From contig CAZPJD010000225.1 of the NCBI GenBank assembly GCA_964586775.1, positions 464-64,463 on the forward strand: a DNA stretch of 64,000 bases. The letters run 5' to 3'. The notes below the pieces were generated by a model. That model saw only the letters and a program-made list of their open reading frames with translations, was not told the origin of the DNA and made no database searches. Origin of the DNA: an uncultured bacterium (GTDB lineage: Bacteria > Lernaellota > Lernaellaia > JACKCT01). Positions 7,439 to 15,727 of the stretch are shown one piece after another. Both the position numbers and the translations under genes were made by a program. The first letter of the stretch is position 1. Each line of letters begins with the position of its first letter.

Positions 7439-9781
7439 ATGACGGATCGCGAAGCGCATTCCGATTCCCCGGCCCGTCGCGCCCCGCGCGCGTTCGGGGT
7501 GTGGTGCGTCGCGACGGGCGTCCTCACCGCGGTACAGCTCGCGCTGCCACTCGTCGGCGTGCCCGGTTACGAGGCCGCCCAAATCCAGACGATCTGGTTC
7601 GCCGTCGCCGCGGGTCACATCGCCATCGCGTGGGCAAGGCATCGCTCGAACACGCCCCTGCTCGCGACCGCCGCGACCGCCGCGCTGGCGACCGCGCTCG
7701 TCTGGCTGGCGTGCGTCGCGGCGCTGTTCGGCGCGGGATTCGCGCGCGGCGCATGCGACGCATCGCGCGACGTGTGGTGGTTTCTCATTCTGCCCGGCCC
7801 GGCCATTGCGCTGGGCGCGGCGTGGGGCGCGTTTCTGGCATCGCTCGGGCTTTCCGGTCGCCGAACGCACCTCGCTTATGTCGCCGTCGTCGCCGTCCAT
7901 CTCGCGTGGGAGCTCGCCGGCATCCGCACGCAGCCGATGACCTTTTCCTACAACGCGCTCCTCGGCTACTTCCCGGGACCGGTGTACGACCGCGCGGTGC
8001 GCATCGGCGCGACGCTTGCCGCCTCACGCGCGCTCGGCCTTTCCGAGGCGACGGCGCTCTTCGCACTGGCGGCCCTCGTCGAAGGAAAGCGCGGGCGAAA
8101 AGCCCTCGCCGCCGCGCCGGTTGCGTCGTTCGCGGCAGGTTTCGTCGCGGCGGTCGCGCTCGCGATCGTCGGACCGACCCTCGACGCCTCGACCGATCGC
8201 GCGAAGATCGACGCCACCCTCGGCGCGATTGCCCGCGGGCCGAACGTGACGATGCACTTCCCCGAGGATACGCCGCCGGACGAGGCGCGGCTGTTGCTCA
8301 TCGACCTCGAGCACCGGTTTACGCGCCAGGCGCGGTGGCTCGGCCTCGCCGAGCCCGAGCCCGTCGATGCGTACTACTACCGCTCGGCCCGCGAAAAGAA
8401 GCGGCTGACCGGCGCGGGCGACACGCAGTGGGCGAGTTGCTGGAACCGCGAGATGCACATGACGATCGAGCGGCCGCCGCACTCGGTTCTCAAGCACGAG
8501 GTCGTGCACGTGCTGGCCGAGCCGTGGGGAATTCCGGGGCTGGGGTTCTCGCGCGTGCTCGGCCTCACCGAAGGGCTCGCCGTCGCGTCCGAGGTCTGGC
8601 GCGAGGACTGGACGATCCCGTATTGGGCCGCCGCGATGAAATCCGTCGGCCGTCTGCCCGATCTCGCCGACATCTCGGGGCCCACGGGCTTCTGGCGACT
8701 TTCCGGCACACGCAGCTACCTCGCGTGGGGCGGGTTCCTCACGTGGCTGCGCGAGCGTCATTCGAACGACGCCATTGCGCGCGTGTATCGCACGGGCGAC
8801 TTTCGCGAGGCGTTCGGCAAGAGCCTTCGCGAGCTGGTGGACGAGTGGGAATCGTCGCTCGATGCGATTCGGGTCCCGCCCGATCTCCTCCGCGTCGCGG
8901 CGTATCGATTCTTCCGACCGTCTCTCTTCGAGGGCCGCTGCGCGCGAACCGTCGGCACGCTGGAAGAAGACGGCGCACGGGCGCTCGACGCGGGGCGCGC
9001 GCAAAAGTCGGTGCGTCTTTTCGCCGATGCGCTCGAACTTTCCGGCGGCGATTCGCGCAACCGGCGCGACTTCATGGCGGCCCTCGTGTCGGCGCGGAGA
9101 CTCGACCAGGCCGAGCGCGAGGCCGCAGAAATCTTCGCCGCGGAGGGCGCGGAGTTTTTCGCGACGCCCGAGCCTGGCAAGCCCGTTCACGGCAATCTGC
9201 TCGCGGCGACGCAGGCCCGGCTCACGCAGGCCGCCCTCGCGTGGCGTCGCGGAGATCGCGAATCCGCGCGGCGGTTTTACGAAGACGTGCGCGCATTCGG
9301 TGTGGGCGACGCGAATCGACGCGAGGCAATCGTGGCGCTTGACGCGCTCGGTTCCGCCGCGATCGAGCCGATGATTCGCCGCTATCTGGTGGAGCCCGAT
9401 GCCGAGGGCGCGCGTTGGCACGATCTGCACGCGGCGCTGGATGCCCGGCCCGATGACGCGGTGGCGCGTTACCTGCTCGGGCGCAGGCTCTACGGCGCGC
9501 GACGGTTTGACGACGCGGTGACGCACCTCGATGCCGCGCTCACGCTCGGTTTGCCGGACGACGCGCTGACGCGCGAGGCGTGGCGCACGCTGGGCCGCGC
9601 ACACTACGAGGCCGGGCGATTCGAGGACGCGGCGGTGGTGTTCACCGAGCGCCGACCCGCGAGTCTGTCGGAGGGTGCGCGCAAAGACGCCGACGAGTGG
9701 ATCGACCGCTGCCTGTTCGCCGCGACGTTCCCCGAAACCGTTTCGATCGAAAACGTCGGTGGAATGGGCGACGACGACTGA
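7439..9781 (+). CDS. Membrane-anchored MA-clan (gluzincin-like) metallopeptidase with C-terminal TPR region
   Basis: 780 aa. About 6 N-terminal TM helices. HEVVH (HExxH) followed by TEGLA (candidate third-ligand Glu), as in Peptidase_MA_2-type proteins. The C-terminal ~300 aa are TPR-like helical repeats. Confidence 0.6.
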   Translation: MTDREAHSDSPARRAPRAFGVWCVATGVLTAVQLALPLVGVPGYEAAQIQTIWFAVAAGHIAIAWARHRSNTPLLATAATAALATALVWLACVAALFGAGFARGACDASRDVWWFLILPGPAIALGAAWGAFLASLGLSGRRTHLAYVAVVAVHLAWELAGIRTQPMTFSYNALLGYFPGPVYDRAVRIGATLAASRALGLSEATALFALAALVEGKRGRKALAAAPVASFAAGFVAAVALAIVGPTLDASTDRAKIDATLGAIARGPNVTMHFPEDTPPDEARLLLIDLEHRFTRQARWLGLAEPEPVDAYYYRSAREKKRLTGAGDTQWASCWNREMHMTIERPPHSVLKHEVVHVLAEPWGIPGLGFSRVLGLTEGLAVASEVWREDWTIPYWAAAMKSVGRLPDLADISGPTGFWRLSGTRSYLAWGGFLTWLRERHSNDAIARVYRTGDFREAFGKSLRELVDEWESSLDAIRVPPDLLRVAAYRFFRPSLFEGRCARTVGTLEEDGARALDAGRAQKSVRLFADALELSGGDSRNRRDFMAALVSARRLDQAEREAAEIFAAEGAEFFATPEPGKPVHGNLLAATQARLTQAALAWRRGDRESARRFYEDVRAFGVGDANRREAIVALDALGSAAIEPMIRRYLVEPDAEGARWHDLHAALDARPDDAVARYLLGRRLYGARRFDDAVTHLDAALTLGLPDDALTREAWRTLGRAHYEAGRFEDAAVVFTERRPASLSEGARKDADEWIDRCLFAATFPETVSIENVGGMGDDD

Positions 9782-9830
9782 CGGTTCGCCCCTTGCCGCC
9801 GCGCGGCCCGTTCGATAACGTCCGAGACGC

Positions 9831-11189
9831 ATGACGACCGAACTGTCGATCGCCCGCGCGCGTGCCCGCGCCATCTGGCTCATCGCGGCGAGCCTCGCGT
9901 TCTTCGCTTGGATCTCGCCCGCGTTCGCGTTGCTGTTCGCCTTTACGACGCTCGTCGATCGCGCCCTCGCCCGCGCCGCCGCGCGCGAACATTCGCGGTG
10001 GATCGCCGCGGGCGCGAGCGCCCTCATGAACCTCGGCGCGATCCTCGCCTTGCACAACCTGCACCGATTCGCCGACGCCCTCGCGGCATGGCCCTCGCTG
10101 ATGGGCTCGGCGCTCAATGAGGGCGGCACCATCGCGGTGCTGCCGATCGGCTGGTCGCTGCTCTTCGCGCAAAACCTCGCCCATGTTCTGGATGTGGCGC
10201 GCGGGCGCGGGCAACCGACCGAGTGCATCCTCGAGCACGCGCTCGCCGCCGTGTTCTTCCCGCGCATGTGGGCGGGGCCGATGGTCGAACCCGTCGCGTT
10301 TGCCGCGCGAATTCGTCGGCCCGAGCGCCTCACCGGCGAACGCCTCGGCCGCGCGATCTGGCACGGCGCGCTGGGCGCGATCAAGATCGTCGCCGTCGCC
10401 GACTACCTCGCGCTCAACATGGTGGACAAGGTCTTCGATCTGCCCACGCTTTTCTCCACAACCGAGGTGGTTTTCGCGCTGGTCGCGAACGCGCTCGTCA
10501 TCGCCGCGATGTGGTCGGGCGCGTGCGACATCGCCGTCGCCGCCGGACTCGTGCTCGGCTTCGACCTGCCGCAAAGTTTCGCGTCGCCCGCCACGGCGAC
10601 GGGTCCGCGCGACCACTGGCGTCGGTTCCTCGCGCCGCTCACGGCCGCGCTTCGCGAGCACGTTTTCCGCCCGCTCGCGGGCGGGCCGAATGCTTCGCGC
10701 CTGCGCCGTGCACTCGCCGCGTTTGCGCCGCCGCTGCTGGTCGGCTGCGTCGTGGGGCCGAGCGAAACCACGCTCGCCTTCGGCGCGTTTGTCGGCGCGA
10801 CGCTGTTCGTCGCGACGCTCTTCGGACGCAAGACCTCGAACGACAAGCCGGGCATCGGCGCGCGCGCGTTCGGATGGGTTCTCACTTTCCTCGCCATGAC
10901 GGTCGCGTGGACGCTCTGGCGTGCGCACGACCTGCAAACCGTTTCCGATCTCGCGTCGATCCTGCCGCTCGGCATCTACGAAACGCCGAACCTGACCGCA
11001 ACCGTGATCGGCGTTTTTTTCGCGTCCCAGGTGGTCGCGTTCGTGCCCGCGCCATGGGTCGCGAAAACCCGCGATGCATTCGCACGTGCGCCCTGGCCCG
11101 TACAGGTCGCGGCGGGGCTCGCGGTGGCGTGGGCGCTTTGGCGCGTGAACGCGGTGTCGGAAGTGCCCTTCGTCTACGAGCGGATGTGA
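9831..11189 (+). CDS. MBOAT-family membrane O-acyltransferase homologue (AlgI/DltB-like), divergent
   Basis: 452 aa, polytopic. LPIGWSLLFAQNLAHVLDVARG...FFPRMWAGPMVEP parallels the AlgI consensus LPIGISFYTFQ..SY.IDVYRG...FFPQL.AGPI.R. DHWRRFLAPLTAALREHVFRPLAGG parallels DFWRRWHISLS.WLRDY.YIPLGG. Confidence 0.7.
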   Translation: MTTELSIARARARAIWLIAASLAFFAWISPAFALLFAFTTLVDRALARAAAREHSRWIAAGASALMNLGAILALHNLHRFADALAAWPSLMGSALNEGGTIAVLPIGWSLLFAQNLAHVLDVARGRGQPTECILEHALAAVFFPRMWAGPMVEPVAFAARIRRPERLTGERLGRAIWHGALGAIKIVAVADYLALNMVDKVFDLPTLFSTTEVVFALVANALVIAAMWSGACDIAVAAGLVLGFDLPQSFASPATATGPRDHWRRFLAPLTAALREHVFRPLAGGPNASRLRRALAAFAPPLLVGCVVGPSETTLAFGAFVGATLFVATLFGRKTSNDKPGIGARAFGWVLTFLAMTVAWTLWRAHDLQTVSDLASILPLGIYETPNLTATVIGVFFASQVVAFVPAPWVAKTRDAFARAPWPVQVAAGLAVAWALWRVNAVSEVPFVYERM

Positions 11190-11195
11190 GGATCG

Positions 11196-11696
11196 ATGCC
11201 GTCGTTTTTCGCCGATCACACCGACCTGGGCATCGGACATGCGCTCGTGACGATGGGCGATGACGACGTGGCCGCCGTCGCCGACATCATGATGGCCTCG
11301 GAGCCCTGGGCAAACTACGGCTACGAACGACGAACCATCGAGGACTTTCTGCACGGCACGATCGAGGCGGGCATGGCGCGCGTGGTGACGCCGTCGGGCG
11401 GCGCGCGCGAGGTCGTCGGCGTGGCGACGGTGCAGCCGGGTTTTTTAGGCGGGCGCTATCTGGAGCTGCTCGCGCTGCGCGCCGACCGGCGCGGGCGCGG
11501 CCTTGGGCGGCGCGTGATCGAGGCGATCTGCTACGAAATGCCCGTCCACATGCGCGACCTGTTTGTGCTCGTCGCCGATTCCAACGCGAAGGCCGTCGCG
11601 TTCTATCGTCACCTGGGATTTCGCGACGTGGGCGAGCTTCCCGGCCTCATCCGCCTCGGAAAAACCGAGCGCCTGATCTGGCTGCGGTTTCGATGA
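11196..11696 (+). CDS. GNAT-family N-acetyltransferase
   Basis: 166 aa. Motif A LALRADRRGRGLGRRVIEA and AVAFYRHLGF. GAGGA RBS. Starts 6 nt after the MBOAT stop. Confidence 0.8.
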   Translation: MPSFFADHTDLGIGHALVTMGDDDVAAVADIMMASEPWANYGYERRTIEDFLHGTIEAGMARVVTPSGGAREVVGVATVQPGFLGGRYLELLALRADRRGRGLGRRVIEAICYEMPVHMRDLFVLVADSNAKAVAFYRHLGFRDVGELPGLIRLGKTERLIWLRFR

Positions 11697-11826
11697 CGAT
11701 GCGAATCGCATCGCCATTGGTGCCCGAACTCACCGGATCGTGCTTTCGCGGGCGGTATTTTGACATGCGTCAAGGCGGCGCCCGGAGGGGAGCGGTACCG
11801 TGCGGGCGTGTTCAGGGAGTCCGGCG

Positions 11827-12225
11827 ATGAGCCACGCACAGCACGCACCCACAGATTCCGCAGCGAATTCTCCGAAGTCGCCCATCCTTGTTTCCTACCG
11901 AAAGACGCCGCTCACCGCCCGTGACGAACAAAAGCTCGCGACCGACATCGGTATTCTCAGGGCATTCACGCATGTGTATTGCCAAAAGCTCCACGGCGCG
12001 AAAAAGGACGACCTGTGCCCCGACTGCGCGGCGCTGCTCGAGTACTCGATCGAGCGGCGCACGCGCTGTCCTCTCGACCCCAAGCCCAAGTGCAAGGAAT
12101 GCCCGGTCCACTGCTACAAACCGGCGCTGCGCAAAAAGATGCAGGACGTTATGCGCGTCGCCGGGATGCACTTCGTCTTTCGCGGACGCGTGGACTGGCT
12201 CGTGAAGTACTTCCTCGCCTCGTAA
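11827..12225 (+). CDS. Nitrous oxide-stimulated promoter (YgbA_NO) family protein
   Basis: Cys pattern YCQKLHG...LCPDC...RCPLDPKPKCKECPVHCYKP...MRVAGMHFVFR matches my recollection of this family. Internal ATG at 11827 of track ORF 11800-12225. Confidence 0.65.
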   Translation: MSHAQHAPTDSAANSPKSPILVSYRKTPLTARDEQKLATDIGILRAFTHVYCQKLHGAKKDDLCPDCAALLEYSIERRTRCPLDPKPKCKECPVHCYKPALRKKMQDVMRVAGMHFVFRGRVDWLVKYFLAS

Positions 12226-12323
12226 TCCCCGTCGCATCCCGCCTCCACGCCCCGCCGGTCCTTCTCCCGCCGATTGACGAACGCGGGAGGGGTCATCTAA
12301 TGTGTTACCTATCGGGGGGCGCA

Positions 12324-12599
12324 ATGCGGATCCGGGACTTCGAATGGGACGAAGGCAACGAACTGCATCTCGCTCTCGGGCACGGCATCGAGCCGGAGGA
12401 AGCCGAGGAGGTTCTCGCGTGCTCGCCGCTCGTCCGAAAAACGAAAAGGGGTCACTACGCCGCCTTCGGACGCACCGCCGCCGGTCGCCTGCTGGTGATC
12501 GTGTTCGAATTGCGTGATCGCGGCATCGCGCGGGTCATCACCGGCTGGGATATGACCCGGGCGGAACGACGCTGGTACCAAACCCGCGGAAAGGGCTGA
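12324..12599 (+). CDS. brnT: BrnT (DUF497) ribonuclease toxin
   Basis: 91 aa. FEWDEGNELHLALGHGIEPEEAEEV...LLVIVFELRDRGIARVITGWDMTRAERRWY is typical of BrnT. Only the last 91 codons of track ORF 11979-12599 are used. Confidence 0.85.
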   Translation: MRIRDFEWDEGNELHLALGHGIEPEEAEEVLACSPLVRKTKRGHYAAFGRTAAGRLLVIVFELRDRGIARVITGWDMTRAERRWYQTRGKG

Positions 12600-12602
12600 G
12601 CG

Positions 12603-12905
12603 ATGAAGAAATCGACGTCGACGCGCGTCGCCCAGGACGATGCCGCGGCCTACTACGACCGTCACGGCGTGCTCGGCGACGTGATCGATCGTCCCGTGGA
12701 ATTTGCGCTCGATGAGGAACTGCGGGACCAGATTCTCAAAGGCGAACGAAAGCGCCGCTTGAAGAACGTGTCGGTGAAACTCGATGAGGCCCAAATCGTC
12801 GCGCTGCGGAAAATCGCCACGCTCAAGTCGATTCCCTATCAGACGCTGATCCGACTGTGGCTGGCCGAAGGAATCGCGCGCGAACTGCGCATCTCGAGGA
12901 CGTAG
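12603..12905 (+). CDS. brnA: BrnA antitoxin (RHH/CopG-like)
   Basis: 100 aa. Starts 3 nt after the brnT stop. C-terminal VSVKLDEAQIVALRKIATLKSIPYQTLIRLWLAEGI is the BrnA signature. Confidence 0.85.
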   Translation: MKKSTSTRVAQDDAAAYYDRHGVLGDVIDRPVEFALDEELRDQILKGERKRRLKNVSVKLDEAQIVALRKIATLKSIPYQTLIRLWLAEGIARELRISRT

Positions 12906-12930
12906 ATCGAAAAGGCGTCGCCCGACCGCC

Positions 12931-14274
12931 CTACGCCGTCAACTCGGCTTTGCGCGCGAAGCGACGCAGCGCCCGGCGGACGAGTTTGTCGATCGAATAC
13001 GCGACGAAGAGCAGCGAATCGCGCAGATCGAAGACGGGATTCGGCAGTTTGAAATAGAACGGCAGCGTGAACATGAGCTGCTTCGCACCGATAGGGCAGC
13101 CGCCGACGCGCCGGATTTTTTTTGCGCGGATGGTCCCCTCGACGCGCGTGCACGTCCCGATCAGAAACGCCACGCCATCGCCCGCGTCCACGTCGCCCTT
13201 GAATACGCCGGTGACGATCGCGCCCTCGCGCGCCTTGGCCACCGAACCGGGTCGCCGCTTGTCGATGGTGCCCAGGCACCCCTTCACCGCGCCCAAACAC
13301 CCGCCGTGGCACAGCCGCCCGCGCACGGGATCGACGCCGGAGTAAAACCGGATCGGCGTGCGCAGCTTCTGGATGTCCTGATACTCGCTCTCGTGCCCGG
13401 CGGTCGCCGCGCGCAGCTCGTCGATCTCCACATCGCCCTCGACGCGAACATCCTCGATCTGCCGCGGCCCGTAGCCGCGCTCCATGGCCTGCATGAGATG
13501 AACGACTTGATGCGGCTCGCGATGCAACAGACGGCAGGCCACCAGATCCATCGCCACGGGATCGTCGGCCACGAGGATCGCGCCCATGGGAATCGGTCGC
13601 GGCGCGGACTCGAACCCCGTGCCGATCGTCACCGCGTCGACGATGATCGCGTCGGGGTAGCCCATCTCCAGCACGTCCACGACTTTTTCGTCCACGCGGT
13701 CGTCGTGATAGAGCATGCGCTCGTCGTGCGTGAGAATCCCGATGTTGAGTTTGAGCGAGCAGGTGACCTGGCAGAAGATGTGGTACTTCAGCTTCGGCAT
13801 CCAGATCATCGTGTCGGCCTCGGCCAATGAGCGCGCGACCTTCATCGACTTGTGATGCATCGCGCGGCGCAGCGGCACGGTGACGGTGGGCTCGGTGTTG
13901 AAGTCCACCACGCGCGCGCCGGCACGCGCGAGTTCGAAGTACCCCGCTTCGGCAAGAAAGAGCCGCGACGGCACTCCGAAACCGCTGGACTCGCCGACGG
14001 TCACGTCGTCCGCGCCGCCCGCGCGCGCCCAGCGAATCGCCTCGGCGACGATTTTGGGATCGGTGAACGAATCGTGGATGTACTTGCGATTCGCGGTGAC
14101 GACGTTGGGTTTGATGAGCACGCGCCCGCGCGGCCGGATGCCCAGATCCGCGAGGCTTTCGTTCACGATGGCGCGCACGCGGTCCGGCTCGGCGGTTTTG
14201 CAACGCCGCACGAGAACGCGGTAGGAGCGCGGTCGCGCCAGCCGTTCGTCGATCTTCGCGCGCAGATCGCTCAA
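12931..14274 (-). CDS. DUF362 domain-containing protein with Cys-rich C-terminal extension
   Basis: 447 aa. TTG start with GGAG 8 nt upstream. VLIKPNVV...DPKIVEAIRWARAGGADDVTVGESSG is the DUF362 core. CHGGCLGAVKGC cluster near the C-terminus. Confidence 0.65.
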   Translation of the reverse strand: MSDLRAKIDERLARPRSYRVLVRRCKTAEPDRVRAIVNESLADLGIRPRGRVLIKPNVVTANRKYIHDSFTDPKIVAEAIRWARAGGADDVTVGESSGFGVPSRLFLAEAGYFELARAGARVVDFNTEPTVTVPLRRAMHHKSMKVARSLAEADTMIWMPKLKYHIFCQVTCSLKLNIGILTHDERMLYHDDRVDEKVVDVLEMGYPDAIIVDAVTIGTGFESAPRPIPMGAILVADDPVAMDLVACRLLHREPHQVVHLMQAMERGYGPRQIEDVRVEGDVEIDELRAATAGHESEYQDIQKLRTPIRFYSGVDPVRGRLCHGGCLGAVKGCLGTIDKRRPGSVAKAREGAIVTGVFKGDVDAGDGVAFLIGTCTRVEGTIRAKKIRRVGGCPIGAKQLMFTLPFYFKLPNPVFDLRDSLLFVAYSIDKLVRRALRRFARKAELTA

Positions 14275-14359
14275 TCCCGACTCCGATGAACGCGATCAGG
14301 ATGCGCCGCCCGCCGCCGCGCGGTCAAGTCGCACGTTTCACAAGGGCGGCGAATGGGCG

Positions 14360-15538
14360 TCACAAATCCTCCGGCGCGGTGCACAGCGAGACGACCCCCG
14401 ATTCGGTGACGAGGCAGGTGTTCTCGATTCCCGCCGGGCCGATCGTGGGCGAGAGCGCCTTGGGCTCGATCGCGATCACCATCCCCGGTTCCACCACGCC
14501 GTCAAAGCCCGGCGCGATGACCGGCCATTCGTCGAGTTCCAGTCCCACGCCGTGGCCGAAGAAACGCACCCGGTTTTCGCCGAAGCCCATGAAGCCCTCG
14601 GGCTCGCCGCGTTCGGCGAAGATGCGCGCGCACGTATCGTAAATGTCGCGAAACGCCGCGCCGGGGACGAGTCGCGACGAGAGCTCGCGCATCGCCGCGC
14701 GGCACCACTCGTGCGCCATGCGAACCTGCGCGCCCGGTTCGCCGACAGCGAAGACGCGGGCGTCGTCGGCGTGATAGCCCAAGTGATTCGTCACCATATC
14801 GACCATCACCGTCTCGCCCTCGCGCAGCGCGCGCCGCCCCGCGCCCGAGGACCACGCGTGCAGCCCCGCCGAGCCCACGGGCCCGTCGAAGCTTGACGGC
14901 GTCGCGGCGGACTCGGCCGCGCTGACGTAAAGGATGTGCAGCCACGATCCCGGTTTGCGCAGTCGCACGTGGCCGTCATGACCAAGACGGCGCACGAGCG
15001 ACTCGACCTCGACCGAGAGGTCGATCTCCGTCACCCCCGGCGCGATCATTTCACGCACGTGCGCAAACGCCGCGTCGGCCTGCGCGGCGGCGGCGCGCAC
15101 GCACGCGATTTCCCATTCGCTTTTCACCGCGCGAAGCCGCTTCGCATCCGCCGAGATGTCGCCTGCCACCGATCCCGCGGGCAGCGCGTCCAGCACGCGC
15201 CGATACATCGCGGCGGGCCACACGTCGAGGCACGCGCCCACGCGCACCGCGCGCCCCGTGGGCGCGACGATCGCGACGATGTCGCGAATCGAGCGCAGCT
15301 CGCGCACGTCGGCGACGGGCGATTCGGCGCGCGCGCGCGAAAACGACTTGCGCGCGAGCAGCACGGCATCGCCCGAGGCGCGCACCACCAGTGTCGCGTC
15401 CTGCGTCGTGCCCGCGAAATATTGCAGGTCGGTCGGGTGCGAGATCAGCGCGGCGTCGAGCCGGCCGTCGATGCGCGCGGCCAGCGCGCGGATGCGCGAT
15501 GCGATCTCGCCGGGCGGCGGCGCGTTCGGAAAGTCCAT
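14360..15538 (-). CDS. M24-family metallopeptidase (Xaa-Pro aminopeptidase/creatinase-like)
   Basis: 392 aa. MVDMVTNHLGYHADDARVF, HGVGLELDEWP, IAIEPK and AGIENT are the pita-bread metal-ligand motifs. Confidence 0.8.
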   Translation of the reverse strand: MDFPNAPPPGEIASRIRALAARIDGRLDAALISHPTDLQYFAGTTQDATLVVRASGDAVLLARKSFSRARAESPVADVRELRSIRDIVAIVAPTGRAVRVGACLDVWPAAMYRRVLDALPAGSVAGDISADAKRLRAVKSEWEIACVRAAAAQADAAFAHVREMIAPGVTEIDLSVEVESLVRRLGHDGHVRLRKPGSWLHILYVSAAESAATPSSFDGPVGSAGLHAWSSGAGRRALREGETVMVDMVTNHLGYHADDARVFAVGEPGAQVRMAHEWCRAAMRELSSRLVPGAAFRDIYDTCARIFAERGEPEGFMGFGENRVRFFGHGVGLELDEWPVIAPGFDGVVEPGMVIAIEPKALSPTIGPAGIENTCLVTESGVVSLCTAPEDL

Positions 15539-15632
15539 GCTCGGCCCCGTTTCTGAATGGCGATTCAGCGACGCCTTGATCGGCGGCGCGCGCGGTGCTA
15601 TTCGAGGTTGTTATTTCGTGTTTGGGACATTC

Positions 15633-15662
15633 GATTCCTGACGGGATCACCTGATTCCTGAC
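15633..15662 (+). promoter_or_regulatory. Direct repeat GATTCCTGAC x2, candidate operator upstream of fadI
   Basis: Identical 10-mers at 15633-15642 and 15653-15662, exactly 20 bp apart, 66 nt upstream of the fadI ATG. Confidence 0.25.
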
Positions 15663-15727
15663 AATGCGTCCGTGGCGTTTGGGGAGCAAGGCCCCCGCGC
15701 GGCGGCATGCGTCGAGGAGGCACCATC

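Noticed and set aside
8024-10384. 786-aa minus-strand ORF; also the similar long ORFs 2415-4499 (-), 29277-31619 (+), 44904-47279 (-), 9642-11354 (-), 20521-22086 (+), 23222-24958 (-), 42014-43795 (+) and 56143-57690 (+)
   Set aside because: All are antisense to, or out of frame with, genes that carry clear family motifs. They show Arg/Gly/His-rich composition and lack RBS or signal features. They are GC-driven shadow ORFs.
12274-12303. Possible promoter for brnTA (TTGACG, 17-18 nt spacer, CTAATGT)
   Set aside because: The -10 match is only about 3 of 6, so it is not convincing enough to annotate.
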